A DNA stretch of 52,274 nucleotides from Candidatus Micrarchaeota archaeon (GTDB taxonomy: Archaea > Micrarchaeota > Micrarchaeia > Anstonellales > Bilamarchaeaceae), in the NCBI GenBank assembly GCA_018304385.1, contig JAGVWJ010000012.1:1-52274 (forward strand). The letters run 5' to 3'. Under the pieces are notes generated by a model, which was given only the letters and a program-made list of their open reading frames with translations, did no database searches and was not told where the DNA came from. The position numbers and the translations under genes were made by a program. Positions within the stretch are counted from its first letter, which is position 1; the number at the start of each line of letters is the position of its first letter. Positions 1-8,443 of this stretch are shown piece after piece.

Positions 1-1550
1 GTAACAGAACTTACTATATTACCGCTGTCATCATATCCATAAGCTAAATCATCTCTAATTATTGCTACTCCACCTATTACAAATCTTCCTGCAACCCTAT
101 TTAGACCTGGAATCAAAGATCTACTACCAGATCTTAATAAATTTAAAAATGGTGGGTCCTGCAATGAGAGGGAGTGACCAAAAGACTGCCAATTAGCATC
201 TTCTGCCTGATCCATACCAAAAGCACCAGTTGATGTAGGTGGGATATCAACTGATAGATTAACACTAGACTCAACTGCTAAACCTCTAAATTCATCAGAT
301 AAATAAGATAGTGAATGATATAGACTTTGTCCGGTTCCACAAGTTGCTAACCCACCAGCTACAGAACAAGGTGTTCCACTTGGTAAAGATGCCCACTCCC
401 CAATGGCATCAAAACCATCAAAAAATTCAAAAACAGCAATTGGATCAAAAATGTTCAATGCTACAGGATTTCCATAATAAACTGCTACAGTTGCAACATT
501 AGGTGTTATTGTTTTAAACCAGATTTTACTTTCTCCTGCTACATCAATTGATTCTGCCCATGCTGCAAGAACACCTAATGCTAAATCTGGATCATCACAT
601 GTGCCTTCTAAGAATCTTAGATCTGTTAAATCTGGATTAGTATTTGCATAATTAAATATTGCTGGATTAAGTAATAACAAATGTTGATGTTCTTCTGGGA
701 AATCACCTGCAATAGCTATTTGTCTGCAAAATAACCAAGAAGGATTCCACCATGGTAGCGGTGCACATACCCCTTCAACACAAACCTCTTCCCCTGGACA
801 AGGTAGAACTGACTCTGCAATAACATCTCCTTCACAATGAAACTCTCGGACGGCATCTCCTTCACAAGCATCTGTTACTGTGGCAGCTGGGTTGGGTACT
901 CCATCAATCAGATCTCCTACTTCAGTAGTACCTTGGACAGTAAGATCTAAGCCATCCGGATCTGAACAATATGGAATTATTACAGGGCCTGCATCACCGG
1001 GGCCTGCATCCTGCCCAGCGTCAGCCCCTGCATCTACACCTGCATCTCTGCCTGCATCGACACCCGCATCAGTACCTACGTCTTGGCCTGCATCACCTGG
1101 ACAAATTAATGGACAAATATCACCTGCATCCCGACCTGCATCCCGACCTGCATCCCGACCTGCATCCTGACCAACGTCTGGCCCTGCATCTACACCTGCA
1201 TCAGGTAATGGGCATAGTACGGGTGGACAACCAGCATCTGGTTGACCTATATCAACACCTACTGGCTTAGCGTCAGTCGAACCTGCGTCTCTGCCAGTAT
1301 CTGGTTTTCCATCACCATCACAATCTCTTTTACAAGTAGTGGTGTCAACATCTGGTCTATTTGTATCAGCAATTCCTGCATCTCTAGGATCAGAAAGGGC
1401 TTGGGGTTTTATATCTAATGTACATGCTGCTGTTAAAGCCAAAAGCGCAGCTTCTACCCAAACTGTGCATCTTCTAAAAAACCCCTGATTTATATTAATA
1501 TCCCTTCTCGAATGCTCCAAATGTTGTTTTCCTGTAAAGAGATTTCTCAT
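1..1550 (-). CDS. Secreted/lipoprotein-like surface protein with Asp-Ala-Gly (DAG) repeat linker, Cys-rich module and DUF2341-like domain; 3' end beyond window (>516 aa)
   Basis: Not in the ORF track. Manual translation from the ATG at 1550 stays open to the window edge: MRNLF...GFFRRCTVWVEAALLALTAAC (hydrophobic segment ending in Cys), DCDGDGKPD, many DAG repeats, YCSDPDGLDLTVQG..DAC..EFHC, then WWNPSWLFCRQIAI..DLRFL..WAE..IWFK..VYYGNP, which resembles DUF2341. Confidence 0.85.
   Translation of the reverse strand, partial: MRNLFTGKQHLEHSRRDININQGFFRRCTVWVEAALLALTAACTLDIKPQALSDPRDAGIADTNRPDVDTTTCKRDCDGDGKPDTGRDAGSTDAKPVGVDIGQPDAGCPPVLCPLPDAGVDAGPDVGQDAGRDAGRDAGRDAGDICPLICPGDAGQDVGTDAGVDAGRDAGVDAGADAGQDAGPGDAGPVIIPYCSDPDGLDLTVQGTTEVGDLIDGVPNPAATVTDACEGDAVREFHCEGDVIAESVLPCPGEEVCVEGVCAPLPWWNPSWLFCRQIAIAGDFPEEHQHLLLLNPAIFNYANTNPDLTDLRFLEGTCDDPDLALGVLAAWAESIDVAGESKIWFKTITPNVATVAVYYGNPVALNIFDPIAVFEFFDGFDAIGEWASLPSGTPCSVAGGLATCGTGQSLYHSLSYLSDEFRGLAVESSVNLSVDIPPTSTGAFGMDQAEDANWQSFGHSLSLQDPPFLNLLRSGSRSLIPGLNRVAGRFVIGGVAIIRDDLAYGYDDSGNIVSSV
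1122..1169 (+). repeat. 12-bp tandem repeat (ACCTGCATCCCG) x4, last copy with one mismatch; encodes (Q/R)DAG x4 on the minus strand
   Basis: Read directly: units at 1122, 1134, 1146 and 1158. Confidence 0.95.
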
Positions 1551-1638
1551 TTTTATCAGTATTAGTTATTTTATGCAACAATTTAAAAATATAGGCAATC
1601 TCGGGGCGTTGGTGTTAGAGAACCCTAGATAAAAAATA

Positions 1639-2303
1639 TTAAACATGACTAGTATTCTCACCCAATACGCTTTCACACTCATCAATTACCTTTTTGATTT
1701 CTAAAACGTTTTTATCAGTATCGTACTTATTTATTTTATCTAAAATCATCTTAGCGTTTTCAGTTTTCTTATTAATGAAAAAAAGTAATGCATTGCAAGC
1801 TACTGCCCTAACCCCATATCCGCCATTAACTAAATTCTCCATCAGATTAGGTATAGATGCACTAATATCAATTTCCTTTTTGGCAGCGTGTGCAAGTGCT
1901 GCAATTGAACGATTGCCTGCGCCACGTGCGATCTGATAATATAATTATTATCTTTTAATACCTTTGCAAGTGCATTTATATTAGATGAAATATCAAATTT
2001 ATGTACTGCAGCATCCCTTAGAGAAACTGCAATGCTCTCTCTTATCTCGCCATCATCATCATTAACTAAGCCATTAAGAAATGGGATAAGAATTGAAATA
2101 TCACGTTTCCCTTGCCACGAAAGAAACTGCACAGCTTTGGTTGCTCCCTTTCTTATATTTATGTCCTGACTTTTAAATAATTCCCCAACTTTATCGTACT
2201 CGTGAAAGTGGCACATGACAAGCATGTACGCAGCATAGCGCCTTTTAGCAGGGTCTTGATTACCTAGTATGTTAATTAACTCATCCTTACTTTCTCGTAT
2301 CAT
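1639..2303 (-). pseudogene. HEAT/ARM-repeat protein split by a frameshift near 1895-1945
   Basis: ORF 1842..2303 carries repeats such as IRESIAVSLRDAAVHKFDISSNINAL. The next repeat (ALAHAAKKEIDISASIPNLMENL) continues in the frame of ORF 1639..1842. GGTGAT SD lies before the ATG at 2303. Confidence 0.7.
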
Positions 2304-2393
2304 AATATCACCATTTAAATACCCATAGAATCCTGAAAGTAAATTGTATGGGTATATAATAAAAAAGTATTAAACTATTGTAGCGTCTAATTC

Positions 2394-3347
2394 TTAAATA
2401 TTTTCCCTGACATCATCCTTGGACTTTAATATGAATCTTGTTCCTGGTTTAAGAATCCGGATATCAAGTGGCTTGTCATTTTCATCCATTATACCAGTTA
2501 TCTGAATTACACCCCTACCACATTGGACAACTGCAGTATTTTTACTAGCAACTAATATGGTACCGTATAAATCAGTATAGTTTTCATTATTTTTAATCTT
2601 AACCTTTGTGATCCTGAGTAAATTAGAACCATAATGGGCTAAGGCACCATGATATGGTGAACCAAGTGCGTGTATAAATTTTTCAATATAATTAGCACCT
2701 TGCTTCCAATCAATAACCCTAGCCTCAATATCAAAAGTTTTTGTATATGTAGCTTTTTTCTCATCCTGTGGAATTCCTTCTACACTGCCGCTTACAATTC
2801 CATCTATCTTTGTTTCAATTATTTTTTCAGCAGCCCTTACTGCTTTTTCATAAAATGTAGAAGCAGTCTCATCTTGAGATATGGAAAAACTCTCTTGCAC
2901 GTATATTCTGCCATTATCAGCTTTACCTTTTTCTACCCCAAACAATGTTACACCGCTTTCACTTTCATTATTTAGTATCTGCCATGCGATAGCGTCGTTA
3001 CCACGATTTTTTGGTAATAGAGATGGATGAGTGTTAAAAACAGCTGCCTTCGTAAATTCTAGGATATTATAAGGAATGCTTCTAGACCAATCAAATATAA
3101 ATACAAAATCTGGTGCAATGTTTTCTATATTAAGATATATATTATTTATATTAAAACACTCATAAAAAATAATATTCTTGATTTTACAAAAGTCTCTTAA
3201 ATCACTACAGTAATCATCAATATTACTTGTTGTATCCTTAATATGACTAATAATACCAACAATGTTAAGCCTCTTTTCAACCATCTTCTTTAAGCATCTA
3301 AAACCCAAAATATTGTTAGTTATTAAAACAATGCGCTTATTTAGCAT
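2394..3347 (-). CDS. Sugar-nucleotide N-formyltransferase (Fmt/ArnA-N-like, N- and C-terminal domains)
   Basis: Motif NTHPSLLPKNRG..IAWQILN.E..SGVT; GGAGA SD; glycan-cluster context. Confidence 0.85.
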   Translation of the reverse strand: MLNKRIVLITNNILGFRCLKKMVEKRLNIVGIISHIKDTTSNIDDYCSDLRDFCKIKNIIFYECFNINNIYLNIENIAPDFVFIFDWSRSIPYNILEFTKAAVFNTHPSLLPKNRGNDAIAWQILNNESESGVTLFGVEKGKADNGRIYVQESFSISQDETASTFYEKAVRAAEKIIETKIDGIVSGSVEGIPQDEKKATYTKTFDIEARVIDWKQGANYIEKFIHALGSPYHGALAHYGSNLLRITKVKIKNNENYTDLYGTILVASKNTAVVQCGRGVIQITGIMDENDKPLDIRILKPGTRFILKSKDDVRENI

Positions 3348-3445
3348 GAAATCTCCTTTAGACCACTCTTAGAAAACATAACTATAGAGCACCAGAAATG
3401 TTTTTAAACTCTTACGCCTCTTATAAATACACAAGGGTGGTGTTA
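3348..3445. promoter_or_regulatory. Divergent promoter region with TATA-like boxes
   Basis: TTTTTAAA near 3401 and TTATAAATA near 3421 between divergent genes; GGTGGTG SD before the ATG at 3446. Confidence 0.45.
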
Positions 3446-4306
3446 ATGAGACCGTTATATGAAATGAAACTTATCCAAATTGAGATTACAAATGCATGTG
3501 TCCTCAGATGTGCAAACTGTACAAGGTTTGTTGGACATCATAGAAAACCATTTTTTATGGACGTAGAAACATTCACCAATGCCTTAGACTCGCTAGAAGG
3601 TTTCCCTGGGCATATAGGAATAATGGGTGGGGAACCAACACTTCATCCACAACTTCCTTGGACTACTGGGCTTCACAAGTGGGAACAGTATAAACCTATA
3701 CTATCTGAGACATTTGATAAAGAGAGAATCGCGTATAATGATCATTCCCAGCCAGATGGTGTGCACCAACCACTGTTAGTAGCTGCAGAGGATGTTATCA
3801 AGGACAAAAAACTGATGTGGGAATTGATAGATAATTGTTGGGTTCAAATGAGATGGTCAGCTTCCATAACTCCAAAAGGTGCATTTTTCTGTGAAGTTGC
3901 CGCAGCTGCAGATCACTTATTTGACGGTCCGGGTGGTTACCCTGTGGAAAAAGGATGGTGGAAAAAAACACCTAAAGAATTTGCAGATCAAGTTCAAAGA
4001 TACTGCCCAAAATGTAGTGCTGCAATCCCAATACCAAGCTACAGTGACAAGGCGAAACATGATCTAGTGTCTAAAAGTAATTTTGAACGCTTAAAACGTG
4101 TAATGTCTCCAAAATACTTTGCAGGAAATGCTACATTGTACGATAAAGAAATAACTGTAAAAGACTTGGAAAATGAAAAACTCGCCACAAAGCAAAATTA
4201 TAGAACATTTGTTGCGCATGGCCCTGAGGATTATCCTGAATATCTACGTAGAAAGAAAGCTAACAGCGGATCAACGGCAGCAGCAACCGCGCCTTCTGGT
4301 GCTTAA
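3446..4306 (+). CDS. Radical SAM protein, apparently with an in-frame deletion after the GGEP motif
   Basis: CxxxCxxC (CVLRCANC), GGEPTLHP, and later Cys residues (CWVQ, FCEVA, CPKC). Start moved to 3446 because of the SD. Confidence 0.85.
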   Translation: MRPLYEMKLIQIEITNACVLRCANCTRFVGHHRKPFFMDVETFTNALDSLEGFPGHIGIMGGEPTLHPQLPWTTGLHKWEQYKPILSETFDKERIAYNDHSQPDGVHQPLLVAAEDVIKDKKLMWELIDNCWVQMRWSASITPKGAFFCEVAAAADHLFDGPGGYPVEKGWWKKTPKEFADQVQRYCPKCSAAIPIPSYSDKAKHDLVSKSNFERLKRVMSPKYFAGNATLYDKEITVKDLENEKLATKQNYRTFVAHGPEDYPEYLRRKKANSGSTAAATAPSGA

Positions 4307-4331
4307 TAGAAACTTTCATAATTAACATTCT

Positions 4332-4390
4332 GACGACCTCGTGACTTTCAGTCACGATCTCTTGATGAAACTCATCAAGAAGACGTCGTT
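4332..4390. repeat. T-shaped palindromic element: two perfect hairpins inside an outer stem, between convergent genes; possible bidirectional terminator
   Basis: TCGTGACT-ttc-AGTCACGA (4339-4357); TCTTGATGA-aac-TCATCAAGA (4360-4380); ACGAC/GTCGT (4333-4337 with 4385-4389). Confidence 0.8.
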
Positions 4391-4405
4391 TCTTTCTATC
4401 CTAGA

Positions 4406-5266
4406 TCAATCGCCAAATTTAAAATGTTCCTGTATTTTTTTTCCGCCCTTTTTATATGCCTCTAACCCAACAGTAACTTCTCCAGGTCTTGGTAAAACAT
4501 ATGTGACTACTTTGTTCAAAAACCCCATGCGAACACCTGCACGGAACATCCTATCCTGTAGATCAGTATCATTGACCCGATTCCAACTTTTGCGCCAGCA
4601 ATCAATATTATACCTAAAGAATCTCAGATATGAACGATACAACCATGTCTGGGTTCCGCCAATACGCGGATACTTTCCTTCCTCATTGATTACTGTGCGC
4701 TTGCCATTGCGCTCTTCGATATATGCTGCAGACACAAACTCATAATTTCCTTTTTTAGCAAAATCCAGCAATACATGAAGATGGTCTTGTGTCCAGATGT
4801 CGTCATCGTCTATACGCGCTATCCATTTACCACGGACTAGATCCAGTGCCTTGTTGGCAGCTACAACTGGTCCTGCAAGCCAATGCACCTCAGGGTCATC
4901 CGGATATCTGCGCTCTCTTTTTGGCAGATTATAAAAGCGTATTCGTGGGTCATCAATCTGTGAAACTAGTTCCTCTGTGCTATCTGTACAATGATCTCCT
5001 ATAATAATCAATTCAAAATTTTTGTACGTTTGCGCAAGAACGGATTTTACTGCACGCTCTACCAACAATTCACTCCGATTGTATGTTGGCACATATGCAC
5101 TAATAAAAGGCTTTTCTTCTAGATTTTCATAAAAACGCTCATTGTTAGAGCGTACAAGTGCAAGTTTTATTGGTTCTGTAATAGAAAATTTAAATGAATT
5201 AAAATTGCTGATCAACATGTCTTCAATGGTACGCTGTCTATAACGCCTTTTATCCATTTTAATCAT
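4406..5266 (-). CDS. GT2 family glycosyltransferase
   Basis: ISAYVPTYNRSELL, IIGDHCTD and RIDDDD motifs. The start may be 5257. Confidence 0.92.
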   Translation of the reverse strand: MIKMDKRRYRQRTIEDMLISNFNSFKFSITEPIKLALVRSNNERFYENLEEKPFISAYVPTYNRSELLVERAVKSVLAQTYKNFELIIIGDHCTDSTEELVSQIDDPRIRFYNLPKRERRYPDDPEVHWLAGPVVAANKALDLVRGKWIARIDDDDIWTQDHLHVLLDFAKKGNYEFVSAAYIEERNGKRTVINEEGKYPRIGGTQTWLYRSYLRFFRYNIDCWRKSWNRVNDTDLQDRMFRAGVRMGFLNKVVTYVLPRPGEVTVGLEAYKKGGKKIQEHFKFGD

Positions 5267-5534
5267 CCCTTTAGAAACTTATATAATAAACATTCTAACA
5301 AATACGTCATACTACTAATGGCTCCTATAAAGACGCAGTCTACTCTAATATCAATGCTGCGTCGGCCGTCAATGGTTTCTCAGGTATATTATCCAAGAGC
5401 TTTATACTTTATGAATATTTATAAATTATACGAGAGTAATATATAATAAATCGCTTCACGATTTTATTTGTAACAACTAGGTCTTAAAAGGCTTCTGAAA
5501 TTTTTTGTTTGAATGATGTATGAGGTGTTATCTA

Positions 5535-7034
5535 ATGAGAATTATGTTTTATTCCAATTGGGAGTTTACCGATCTATGCCATGCATTTGCAATTAGCTTT
5601 AAGAAAAAATACAACATGGAAAATTTTAGTGCTATTGCAGCTGATATTCAGGATTATAACTTCCTAAAAAATCAAAATGATATCATATATGAAAAACTTT
5701 ATCATGTTTTTGAACCATACGAAAATTATGAAGAGGAAAAAATAAATGATCAGTATTTAGATGATATGGAGGAAAAATATGGCATTCCAAACCTGTGGTT
5801 GCTGGTGTACTCCGACAGGGACTTGGCCATTTATAATAAAAAACATTATACCCATGATCAATACAAAAAGTTAATCCAACGATATATACGATTTACTGAA
5901 AAAATACTTGACGAAAGTAAACCAGATTACATTATTATGGATACTATTGCTACCTTGCCCAGCTATACATTATACACGATCGCAAAAAAGAGGGGGGTGC
6001 AACTACGCCTATTCACGCCTGTAAAAACCACTGACAGAATAGGCATAATAGACAATACCTTTGATGATTTTACCCAGATATCAGATTATTTCAGAAAATT
6101 GAAGAACAATGAAAAGAAAGTAAAGCATACAAAAGAAGTCAATGAATTCCTTAACATATACAGGAACAGAAAAATAGAATCTGGGTATATGCAGATTGCC
6201 AAAAGATATATATCGAAAAATTTTTCTTTGGCAGCCATCTCTAAAAAATTTCCCAAATTTCTTGCACAGTTCCAGCATTATTATTTTGGATATCATAAAA
6301 AACAGTATAACAAAATAGACCCTCTAAGTAAGGCCGTACTAACGTTTGAAAGATATTGGAAGGGGCACTACTTTAAGTTTTCAAACCTTTTTGAAAAACC
6401 GCATTATGGGGAACAATATGCGTTCTTTGCACTGCAACTGGAACCTGAAATGGTTACCATGGTACAAGCACCAATGTGGGTGGATCAGCTTTCTTTGATT
6501 GAGAATATCGCAAAAAGTTTGCCCATCAATTTCAAATTATATATAAAAGATCACCCACAGATGGTGTACTTTGCTGACAGGATAAGGCCAACGGCATTTT
6601 ACCACAGAGTCAAAAAAATACCAAATGTGAGACTAATAAACCCATTAGAAGATTCTTACAATATTATAAAGAATACGAAACTTGTCCTTACTATAGGTGG
6701 CACTGTCGGATGGGAGGCAATATTGCTCAAAAAACCAGTAATAATATTCGGTACTACATTTTACAGATGCCTAGATAGTTTGTACAGATGCGAGAATATT
6801 AACGAATTGCCATGGCTAATAAAAAAGGCCCTGAAAACACATGTGCACAATGATGAGGACCTGAAACTGCTGCTAGACGCTATTTATGAGAAATCGTTTG
6901 GTGGCGCATATCCAAAGCTATATGGACTAGAAGGAAGAATGAAAATTCCTGAAATAATCTCGCACAAAGACTTTCCAGAACTTTTTGAATATCTATGTCA
7001 AGAGATAGGTTTGGAAAAAAGAAAAGATGAATAA
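5535..7034 (+). CDS. Capsule polysaccharide biosynthesis protein (KpsS/KpsC-like); candidate nonulosonate transferase
   Basis: FFALQLEPE, LYIKDHP and VLTIGGTVGWEAILLKKPVIIFG motifs typical of this GT-B family; GAGGTG SD before 5535. Confidence 0.75.
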   Translation: MRIMFYSNWEFTDLCHAFAISFKKKYNMENFSAIAADIQDYNFLKNQNDIIYEKLYHVFEPYENYEEEKINDQYLDDMEEKYGIPNLWLLVYSDRDLAIYNKKHYTHDQYKKLIQRYIRFTEKILDESKPDYIIMDTIATLPSYTLYTIAKKRGVQLRLFTPVKTTDRIGIIDNTFDDFTQISDYFRKLKNNEKKVKHTKEVNEFLNIYRNRKIESGYMQIAKRYISKNFSLAAISKKFPKFLAQFQHYYFGYHKKQYNKIDPLSKAVLTFERYWKGHYFKFSNLFEKPHYGEQYAFFALQLEPEMVTMVQAPMWVDQLSLIENIAKSLPINFKLYIKDHPQMVYFADRIRPTAFYHRVKKIPNVRLINPLEDSYNIIKNTKLVLTIGGTVGWEAILLKKPVIIFGTTFYRCLDSLYRCENINELPWLIKKALKTHVHNDEDLKLLLDAIYEKSFGGAYPKLYGLEGRMKIPEIISHKDFPELFEYLCQEIGLEKRKDE

Positions 7035-8342
7035 CTATTCTTCATCATAAACCTTGCTTTTGTCGTATAACTTGTTTGCAATTGCCTTATTCTCAGCAGG
7101 AATACTTGATGCATAGATAGGGACTTCCTTTGATGTCCCATCTAGATCGTAGACTGCACTTTTTAAACGCCATTCACCATTAACCCGCTTCCAGATACGC
7201 GGGGATCTAAATTTATTAATAGTCATCCAAAATTGTTCCTCACTAATATCAAGATAATCTAGGAATACCTTAAACCACTCTCTTGGGAATTCTCCATCAT
7301 AACGTTTTACAAGTGAAACACCTTCTTCACGGGTAATATGTCCATCGCGCACTTCGTGCGCTGCATCAGATGTACATCTTCCAATGCCGAATTTTATAAA
7401 TGCCAAATAATAATGGAAACCATCCAACTGATCATCAAGGCTTGCATATTTTGAATAAGTTCCCTCTGACCGCCCGTTTGGATTTGCCTCGAATCCCGTA
7501 TTTTCTACTGCGTAATAATAATTCTCCTGCGGAATCCATTTATGGTAATAGGCAAACCAATGAAACTCTATTCCACTTTTTTTCAGTTTGTCCACTTTCG
7601 GGGGACGGTAAAAAATCAGATCAGCCTCATCAATATCTTCTTTAGTAAGATACTTGGTTTTTTCCAAACCGACTTTGATCAAATCGTCTATTGTAGCGCC
7701 TTTGAAGTATTGTTCTGTCCATATTTCAAATGGCATTCCACGCAGATTAAAAACCCGTGGATCCCCGCTATATTCTGCCTCGCCATTCTCCCCAAAAAAA
7801 ACCAGTTTGATATCGAATTTTTGGGCTATGTGAAATGCATACGCATACTGACCAAATGCAAAAGGCTGCCATGCATCTCCCATTACTTCAAATGCAATGC
7901 GCGAAAGTTTTCTGTGTAGTTTTGCATTCGGCCAAGCCATCAAATTTACAAACCCTGCTTTGACAAAGTTTCTAAAATTTTTATATCCTATTGGCGTATA
8001 TTCAAACGGGGCCCACGTGACAGTAAGCGGATGCATCTTGTATTTGTGCTTTAGTACATGCGAAACCATAGCCGAGTCCTTACCGCCGCTGCCGGGTACC
8101 ACAACATCGAAACTGCCATCATTTCTCCTATACTGGTTGCACAGCTCCTGTAGCATCTGTTCTCTTTCGCCCCAATTAATAGCCTCGTTTTTTAAGTATC
8201 TGAATTTACAGCCTCCGCAGACACTTTCCTCATCAAACACTATTCTGGGGCGCTGATTTGAAACAACACATTTTTTACAAAATTTTATCTCAGATGGCAA
8301 TTGCACTAGCTGTTTGTCTAAAATATCATTAATAAGTGACAT
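7035..8342 (-). CDS. N-acetyl sugar amidotransferase (WbuX/PseA/PtmG/AglX family), acetamidino-forming
   Basis: CKKCVVSNQRPRI..CGGC, PP-loop SGGKDS, YYLAFIKFGIGRCTSDA. Confidence 0.92.
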   Translation of the reverse strand: MSLINDILDKQLVQLPSEIKFCKKCVVSNQRPRIVFDEESVCGGCKFRYLKNEAINWGEREQMLQELCNQYRRNDGSFDVVVPGSGGKDSAMVSHVLKHKYKMHPLTVTWAPFEYTPIGYKNFRNFVKAGFVNLMAWPNAKLHRKLSRIAFEVMGDAWQPFAFGQYAYAFHIAQKFDIKLVFFGENGEAEYSGDPRVFNLRGMPFEIWTEQYFKGATIDDLIKVGLEKTKYLTKEDIDEADLIFYRPPKVDKLKKSGIEFHWFAYYHKWIPQENYYYAVENTGFEANPNGRSEGTYSKYASLDDQLDGFHYYLAFIKFGIGRCTSDAAHEVRDGHITREEGVSLVKRYDGEFPREWFKVFLDYLDISEEQFWMTINKFRSPRIWKRVNGEWRLKSAVYDLDGTSKEVPIYASSIPAENKAIANKLYDKSKVYDEE

Positions 8343-8443
8343 TATACCACTCCACTATTGAAGTTATGCGATTCTATTTAAAAATCTTACATAGATAATT
8401 TTCATTTTGGGGGTTAAAAGGCCAATTGAGGACATGGAGAACA
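8343..8443. promoter_or_regulatory. Divergent promoter region (amidotransferase / oxidoreductase operon)
   Basis: ATTTAAAAAT (TTTTAAATA on the minus strand) near 8376-8385; SD motifs on both sides (GGAGTGG minus, GGAGA plus). Confidence 0.45.

Noticed and set aside
311-1270. Plus-strand ORFs 311..502, 880..1170 (PAS repeats) and 971..1270 (His/Leu-rich)
   Set aside because: Antisense shadows of the DAG-repeat gene; the repeats make other frames stop-poor.
1876-1882. Programmed -1 frameshift at the A5 run (CCAAAAAGG) in the HEAT gene
   Set aside because: Not a full slippery heptamer, and repeat homology switches frame upstream of it.
2394-3347. Methionyl-tRNA formyltransferase (fmt)
   Set aside because: Archaea do not formylate initiator tRNA, and the sugar-cluster context fits a sugar formyltransferase.
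4330-4390. Hammerhead ribozyme (CUGACGA...GAAAC...GUC)
   Set aside because: Stem II does not close next to the core, GAAA lies in a competing hairpin, and stems I and III are weak. Not supported without an Infernal search.
4321-4395. Integron attC site
   Set aside because: No proper RYYYAAC/GTTRRRY boxes, no repeat after other genes, and no integrase.
5332-5363. GACGCAG/CTGCGTC inverted repeat with an 18-nt spacer, and a 42-codon ORF, in the intergenic gap
   Set aside because: A 7-bp stem can arise by chance, and the ORF has no SD or recognisable motif.
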